From positions 90,582,001-90,646,000 of the forward strand of contig OX597824.1 of the NCBI GenBank assembly GCA_951406725.2: a DNA stretch of 64,000 nt, read 5' to 3'. This stretch comes from Octopus vulgaris (taxonomy: Eukaryota). Position 1 is the stretch's first letter. Each line of letters begins with the position of its first letter. The position numbers were made by a program, and so were the translations under genes. The notes under the pieces are model-generated. The model did not search any database. It was not told the origin of the DNA and was given only the letters and a program-made list of their open reading frames with translations. Below are positions 56,338 through 64,000 of this stretch, in pieces.

Positions 56338-56669
56338 ACATAAAGCTACAAACGAGTGAGAAAGAAAACACCTATGCTGAACTATTGAGAAATTCACAGC
56401 GCCCTCCACCCGAATTACAACATCAAATTTGCATCCGTAATTATTGGGGCACTAGAAGAGTAGTTCCGAAAGTGGGCGTATTCCTCCCACCCCTGGGGGC
56501 AGTGGAAAGTTGCAAGGGGGAGTTGAAGAAGGGGGAGCGATGATAGGGTAGCAATTCATGTAAAATGTGGGGCAATAACTGGGTAATGATTTATGTAAAA
56601 ACAACAAAATAATGGGTTGATTAAGTTAAGTTTTATTTGTGAAATACAATTGCGTTGAATTTGCTTGAA

Positions 56670-56845
56670 AACCAGTGTTGGTTTGTTTATACCCCATCCC
56701 ATAACTTAATGGTTCGGCAAAAGAGACCAGCAGAATATGTACGAGACTTAGCACAAAATACTTCCTGGAGTTGATTTGTTTGGCTAAAAACTTCAAGTCG
56801 TTGCTCCAGAATGACTGCCATCCAATGAGTGAAGAAAGTAAAAGG
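56670..56845 (+). mobile_element. SINE family A, diverged 3' half
   Basis: aaccagtgttggtttgtttat...ggttcggcaaaagagacc...ctaaaaacttcaag. Confidence 0.7.
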
Positions 56846-56972
56846 CAGACACTTTGCACAGGGATGTGGGTGGGGAGATTGGCAACTTATATCAACTTTA
56901 AGCACTTGGCGGAAAATTATTTTGCCAGCCCCGGAAGTATAATATGCTATTGCACCACGCACACAAACACAA

Positions 56973-57014
<42 letters not shown>

Positions 57015-57543
57015 ACACACATACAAATATGTAGGGTCAAGTCGACCGAGGAGGGATGTGAACCGTGAACTAAAAGAGCCGTAACTAAATGCCTAATGCT
57101 CTAACTATTGCGACAGTCTACCACAAACGTGTGATCGTGTCAGAAACCACTCGTGTTTCATGTGTGAAGTAATGCCATGCATTCTTCCGTTCAGACAACT
57201 TTTCACTTTATCGCGCGCAGTTACAACGTCCTTGTCCACCCGAAACGGCCTCGTTCGCTTTGCCTTCTGTCCTTCTCAACACACAAACACACACACACAA
57301 CCCACCTATGTCTGTCTCTTTCTCTCTTTGTGTGTGCATGTGTGCTTGTGTGTATTTTCTGGCTGTCTGTCTGCTTCTCTATCTTTCGGGTTTGTTTTGA
57401 CGTATGCCTTGACCTCCCAGAAAAATTGTGCGCGTCTTCTCCCCCACACTCTCCATCCTCTAGCGTTGTCCCTTTTGATGATATTTTGGCCTATCGCCTA
57501 TAATTTGTCACAAAAGCACACAAACAAGCGCGACACACACAAT

Positions 57544-57589
<46 letters not shown>

Positions 57590-57599
<10 letters not shown>

Positions 57600-57780
57600 G
57601 CATGTAAACGCATACATACACTACATATACATGTATAATATACAATTGCACCACACACTCACACACTCACACACACACATTTACACACAAACACACACAC
57701 GCACTCACACACACACACACATATATATAGCATGTAAACACATACATACACTACATATACATGTATAATATACAATTGCA

Positions 57781-57790
<10 letters not shown>
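57590..57790. repeat. 130-bp-period tandem duplication within (CA)n
   Basis: tagcatgtaaac.catacatacactacatatacatgtataatatacaattgcaccacac at ~57598 and ~57728. Confidence 0.9.
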
Positions 57791-57855
<65 letters not shown>

Positions 57856-57935
57856 AGTATAATATATAAGCACACGCAGGGACACTCGTTCATACCTGTG
57901 ATAACACTCAAGGACGAACATCCAACATCACGCAT

Positions 57936-58030
<95 letters not shown>

Positions 58031-58379
58031 ATGCGCACGCGCACCTACAAACACATGCCACTCTCTATTTCAGGCAACGCCACTTACACGATTGCTACCC
58101 TCCTAATAGATTTCCCTCCTCCCGCCCCCTACCTCTCAAACCTAATCCCGCTCCTCCTCCTCGTATCCTCCCACCTCTCTCTTCACCCTTGCTCCCGTCC
58201 TTAAGTTGTTAATAGAATTAAGGTGTCCGATAAAAGGAAGTCTCGACGCCGATGGAGCCGATCGTCAAGGGACTGGCTTGGAAAACGCTGCGGCGCGGCG
58301 AGCCACGCAGAAGGTAAAAGTAGGAGCGGGACGGTAATAGCAGAATGGGCGATGACAGGGTTTTAACGTTCGGGTGGTA

Positions 58380-58743
58380 AGTGTGGGGTGATGGACAGTG
58401 GCGGTGCGGTGATTGTAGTTGGAGTGGCACAAGTGGAGGAGTCGCTGGTGGTGACGGTGGTGGTGGCAATGGTGGTGGTGGTGATGGTGGTCGTCGTCGT
58501 CGTATTGGTGGTAATGGTGTTGAAGGTGGTGATGGTGTTGGTGGTGGTGGTGGTGGTGGTGGTGGTGGTGCTGATGTGCTAGTGATGAAGGTGGCGGGGA
58601 TGATAGTGATGGTGGTGATGATGAAGATGGTGGTGGTGATGTGCTAGTAATAGTGTCATCACTGATGATGATGATGATGATGATTGCGATGATGATGATG
58701 GTGGTGATGATGATGATGGTGATGATGATGATGATGATGCTGC

Positions 58744-58792
<49 letters not shown>

Positions 58793-59143
58793 GATGATGA
58801 TTGCGATGATGGTAATGTTGATGATGATGGTGATGATGATTATGGTGGTGGCACCATTAGGACTTCTTCCATGACGGTGGTTAAAGGGTTGCGCTAAGAT
58901 GTTCTGGGAAAAGCAGTCAAGTGTAATGTTAGCATTGGAGGTGGTGGTAATAGTAGTGAAGGAGAAGTGGTGGTGGTGGTGGTTTTGGTGGCGGCGGTGG
59001 TAGCTATAGGTTTTTCGAGTTGATGGCAGTGGCGGTGATCGGACAAGCGGTGTTGATGATGATGATGATGATGATGATGGTGACGATGATGGTGACGATG
59101 GTGATGATGACGATAATAGCAGTGACGGTCTGTGATGATAATG

Positions 59144-59216
<73 letters not shown>

Positions 59217-59265
59217 TCTACTACTACTACTACTACTAGTACTGCTACTGATGGGGGTGGTGGTG

Positions 59266-59318
<53 letters not shown>

Positions 59319-59368
59319 GCTGCTGCTGTGATGACTAGTAGTAGAAGGTGAAGGTGTGTGTGAATGAG

Positions 59369-59400
<32 letters not shown>

Positions 59401-60310
59401 CCGATTGGGGTTGGTGGTGGGGGATGAAGATGGCGGGCCATGGTAGGTATTCCATTCCTCCCCTGTTCTTTCAACAAGCCGGCCGTGCGATGTGCACTGA
59501 CTGCAGAAGAATCTTCACAGATTGCCGACCACTCATCCCTTACCCCCCCCACCTCCACTCCCGCCTTCTCTCACTCTCTCGGGATCATCACAATCGTCAC
59601 CGCCGCCGCCGCCGCCTCCTTCACCAACACCATTACGATGCTGACCACTGCTACTGTTACCACCTTAACATCATCATCATCATCATCCGCATCATCATCA
59701 CCACCACTACCATCGCCACTACTACCATCTCCTCCACATTTACCACCACCACCACCAACACCACCACCACTTATACTGCCATATAAGGCATCATGGTCAC
59801 CAAAACTATCAAGAACACCATAAGCTTTTAGACCTTCACAACGACGACGACCACGACCACCACCCACCACCATCACCACCACCCCCACTACTACTGTGGC
59901 CGCCTCCGACACCACCAGTACTACCATCGCCGCCGTCACAGCACCGCCACCTCCATAGTCATCTATGCCATCACCATCACCATCACCTTCACCAAAGTCA
60001 TCAAGACCACCATAAGCGTTTACACATTTACCACCACCACTACCACCACCACCACCACCACCAACACCACCATTACCGCCGTCACCATAACCATAACTAC
60101 CATCACCACAACCACCACTACCACCATCACCGCCACCACTACGGCCGCCGCCGCCACCAGCACCACCACCACCAGCATCATCACCACCACCACCAACAAC
60201 AACAGCAACAACAACAACAACAACAACAACAACACCACCACCATCGCCGCCACCGCCACCACCACCACCACCACCTACAACAACAATAACGGCAACAACA
60301 ATAACGACAA
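58380..60310. repeat. Compound trinucleotide field (GTG/GAT/CTA/CAC/CAA) with short unique islands
   Basis: Directly visible. Confidence 0.85.
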
Positions 60311-61074
60311 CAACACGGCTATTCCAATCGCGCGTCTTTTTTGTTTCCCTTCTCACGCACCATACAGTCTTGATGCTTGGCCATCTGGCCACAGAATTTC
60401 AGCAACGTTCAATGGAAGCAGTTTCTAGAAGGGTGAAAGACCTCTTTTAACAGAATACTTTACAATTTTACTCTTCAGACTCCATCTAAATTTCTACTTC
60501 CCTTTTTTTTCTTTCTTTTATTTCTGTTATTTTTGTTTTGTTTTACTCTCTTTATTCTTACTTCCTTCTGTAGTTCTCTCCTCTTACTCCTACACTTCCT
60601 TCATCTTCTTCTCTCCTCCCTTTCATTCTCGACCTCCAGCAAAGTGCCCCTCCCCCCTCTCTCTCTCTCTGTCTCGCTCTCTCTCCAACCCACCCAATAT
60701 GTCCCTCAATCCCTCGTCTCTTCCAATACTACGACTCTGTATTATACCGACAATCCACCTCACCACTTATACAACTCTTCCTCTACCTACTTACCTCCCT
60801 TGAGTTTCCCCCTCTCCTTCCATCCTTCTCTCTATCTCTCCCTCTGTCTATCTCTCTATCTCTCTATCTCTCCCTCTGTCTATCTATCCTCTTTAACCCT
60901 TGTTCCTCTTAGTAAGATACACGACGTGTTCATCTGCCCTGTCTCTAAGTTCCCACTTTCGTACCGCCCTTTTCCTCCCCTTTTTTCTTTACATTTTTCC
61001 CGCCTGCTGGCGTCTGTTTTGTACGTCAGACACCATTTTGTTTCTTTTCACCTTCCCACTCAACACGCTTTCTC

Positions 61075-61107
<33 letters not shown>

Positions 61108-61461
61108 TCACATTGCCTATAGTTCTTCTGGGGGCAGGGCATTCATTCCTATTGTTTTTCACTGTCTTCGAATTCTTCGATTGCTTTCTTTTTCATTTCT
61201 TTCTTTCTTCGTTTTCTTTATTTTTTTTTACAATTTTTATATTTTTAGTGACATACGTCCATTGCCTTCGTCATTTCATTCATTCATTTTTTTATACACA
61301 CACACACACACACACACACGTATACATACACACATATGTGTATATATACATATATACATTTATGTATGTTTTATACATATATATATGCGTATATATATAT
61401 ATATATGCATACATGCATATATGCACATATATATATATGTGTGTATGTGTGTGTATGTATG

Positions 61462-61523
<62 letters not shown>

Positions 61524-61874
61524 TTATATATATACATACACACACACACACACACATATATATTCATGAGGTCGGTTTCCCGGATTCTGTGTGCATGTCT
61601 GCATTATATATTCCGGCAGAGACACATGCACCGAGTAACATCCTTTTACACTGAATTAAAAAAAAAAACAGCCGTTCCATAAATAATGATGTAACAGAAA
61701 ATGGACACACATCTGAACTAATAACTGAAATCTGATTGAAAAATGGTCGAAAAATATGAAGCTGATGCTCCAATATGGTCGCTACAAATAAAAAAAAACA
61801 TCGCTTTTACTTCTTTCTAATTCACCTGCATAATCAGCTTTCAGTCACACAGCTCCAATATTTATCCTTTATAA

Positions 61875-62080
61875 GGTGACATCCTGGCGGAGTCGTTACG
61901 GGGCAGGCAAAATGCTCAACGGCATTTCGCCCGCCTTTAAGTTCTGCAAATACTGCCGTGGTCGACTTTGCCTTCCATCCTTTTGGGGGGTCGATAAAAT
62001 AAGTAGCAGCTGACTACTGGGGCTGATGTAATCGAATTATCTCCTCCAGCGAATTTGCTGGCATTGTGACAAAATCTGAA
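61875..62080 (+). mobile_element. SINE family D, diverged
   Basis: gtcgactttgccttccatcctttt...gtcgataaaataagta. Confidence 0.75.
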
Positions 62081-62258
62081 GCCAATGTTTATACTTTATA
62101 CATAAGTCTATACTTGAAGTGTTTTGGAAAATTTGAGAACACATCGCACATCCTCCATCGTGCGTTCTTCAGTTTACTCTCCCATCTTTCTTCTTTTCCT
62201 CTTCTCATACGTGCATGGTGGAAGTCAACTCGTGAGCGACAAAGACCAATTCAAGCAC

Positions 62259-62475
62259 AATAATCATTTCTACTAAGGCACAAGGCTTGAAATTTGGTGA
62301 GAAGGGACTAGTCGGTTAGATCAACCCCACTATACAACTGGTACTGAATTTATTGACCCCGAAAGGATGAAAAGCAGAGTCGACCTCGGTGGAATTTGAA
62401 CTTAGAGCGTAACGACGGGTGAAATACCGCGAAGAGTTTCGTCCAGCGCGCTAACAATTCTGCCAGCTCGCCGCC
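62259..62475 (-). mobile_element. SINE family D, full length
   Basis: Reverse complement of 38604-38814. Confidence 0.88.
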
Positions 62476-63290
62476 TTATATTTGAGCACAATCATAAGAG
62501 TGAATATGTGTAGAACATGTATCCATGTGTGCATACATGCATACATGTATGTATGTATGTATGTATGTATGTATGTATGTATGTATGTATGTATGTATTT
62601 GTTCTTTCTATGTATGTAATTATACTCTCGCATACACGTATACATGCACACGTCTCTATTTGGTGTTATTTTAAGCAACTGTCAAACGAATTTAATTGCT
62701 TTATAATTATCTCAATAAATAGCCAAAAAATCATTGTATAATGTTATAATTTCGAAAAATTATAAGAGGAATTCATTGTATAATTGTATGATATTCGTAA
62801 TTAGCATAAAAATGAACTCTCTCGTAAAAAAGACAATTTTCGTTTTGTAATCAACTCAAAACACAATTATCCAAGCTTGAAATGAACCTACGTCCAGAAT
62901 TCTTTATAGAGGATAGATTAGAAATGATTAAATATACCGAGTGTATTACTGGTATAGAAATGGCTGTCTTTCTTTTTTATATATACGAAAAAACGGAGTC
63001 TGTGATTTTGCTAGTAATTTTGAGAGTAAGGGGAATGAGGTGTGTTTGTTAAGAATCGAGGTCGGATGGTGCTCTTTCAGCTTCTTCACGATTTTCTGTT
63101 TCCAACGACTGAACCCAGGAATTTTAATGAACCACATGCATATGGGTGTGGGTGTATATGTATAGTGTATATACATAGTGTATATCAATATCTCTCTCTC
63201 TCTCTCTCTCTCAGGCCATGTGCTAATAATTGAAAGGATTATAGGGCTCAATATATGCTGTGCGGTGTATAAATTGATCTGTTCGGTTGA

Positions 63291-63538
63291 GTGAAGGCGA
63301 TGGCTTACTGGTTTGGGTATTTGGCTGACGGTCGTAAGGTCGTGTGTTCGTTTCCCGGCGGCGCGTTGTGTCTATGGGCAAGATACTTTATTCATGTTGC
63401 TCCAATCCACTCAGCTGGTAAAAATCAGTTGTACTCGAAATTCAAAGAGAAAGCCCTGTCGCATTTTATGTCACGCTGACTCTCCCTGATATCTACGTTC
63501 AGGATACACCAGTTTGTGGAGTACTCAGCCACTTGCAC
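63291..63538 (+). mobile_element. SINE family E
   Basis: tRNA-like head, gggcaagatactttatt, tgtcacgctga, gtggagtactcagccacttgcac. Confidence 0.78.
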
Positions 63539-63563
63539 TTTATATATATATATATATATATAT

Positions 63564-63718
63564 GCAGTAGCGGCTGTGTGGTAAGAAGCTTTTTTTCCAA
63601 ACACATGGTTCCGGGTTCACTCCCACTGCGTAGCAACTTGGGTGTCTTCTACTATAGCCTCGGGCCGACCAAGCCTTGTGAGTGGATTTGTTAGCGGAAA
63701 CTGAAAGAAACCCATCGT
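63564..63718 (+). mobile_element. SINE family A, 5' half
   Basis: ggctgtgtggtaagaagc...ggaaactgaaagaaacccatcgta. Confidence 0.88.
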
Positions 63719-63720
63719 AT

Positions 63721-63789
<69 letters not shown>

Positions 63790-63814
63790 CCTACGTGCAT
63801 ATACGGAAATATAT

Positions 63815-64000
63815 TCTTTTTCTTGTTTCAGTCATTTGACTGCGGCCACGCTGGAGCACAGCCTTTAGTCGAAGAAATCGATCCCAGGACTTATTCTTTG
63901 TAAACCTAGTCCTTATTCTATCGGTCTCTTATGCCGAAACGCTAACTTACTGGGACGTAAACACACCAGCATCGGTTGTCAAGCGATGATGGGGAGACAA
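63815..64000 (-). mobile_element. SINE family A, 3' half (runs off the window)
   Basis: cttgtttcagtcatttgactgcggcca.gctggagcac...catcggttgtcaagcgat. Confidence 0.9.

Noticed and set aside
59571-60392. Gly-rich structural protein ORF
   Set aside because: Composed of (GGT)n/(GTT)n repeats with mixed poly-V and poly-G runs and no supported gene structure.
62946-63251. Possible further transposase remnant
   Set aside because: No diagnostic motif recognisable by eye.

Overview
Eukaryotic, gene-poor, very repeat-rich DNA. The SINE families and the density of (AT)n/(ATGT)n/(ATCT)n/(TAA)n/(CAT)n microsatellites suggest an Octopus (cephalopod) intron or intergenic region; this is an inference from family resemblance, not a search result. 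No host protein-coding gene can be supported, and nearly all ORFs in the track are translated microsatellites. The window holds several tRNA-derived SINE families, Dong/R4-type LINE 3' ends inside (TAA)n, RTE and L1/Tx1 LINE remnants, mariner remnants, Tigger-like and hAT-like MITEs, a non-autonomous Helitron, a HINE-like element and many Penelope-like element (PLE) remnants. The main observations are four. (1) A ~3 kb array of a 36-bp unit sits inside the ORF of a PLE reverse transcriptase and appears derived from it; the protein motifs are colinear on both sides. (2) About a dozen dispersed minimal hammerhead-ribozyme-like motifs with variant cores occur, one directly downstream of a PLE GIY-YIG C-terminus. 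(3) A series of fold-back elements lies in (TA)n-rich DNA. (4) A near-identical 2.1 kb tandem duplication has its junction in a hammerhead-bearing module. All family assignments come from hand translation and recalled motifs; boundaries are approximate.
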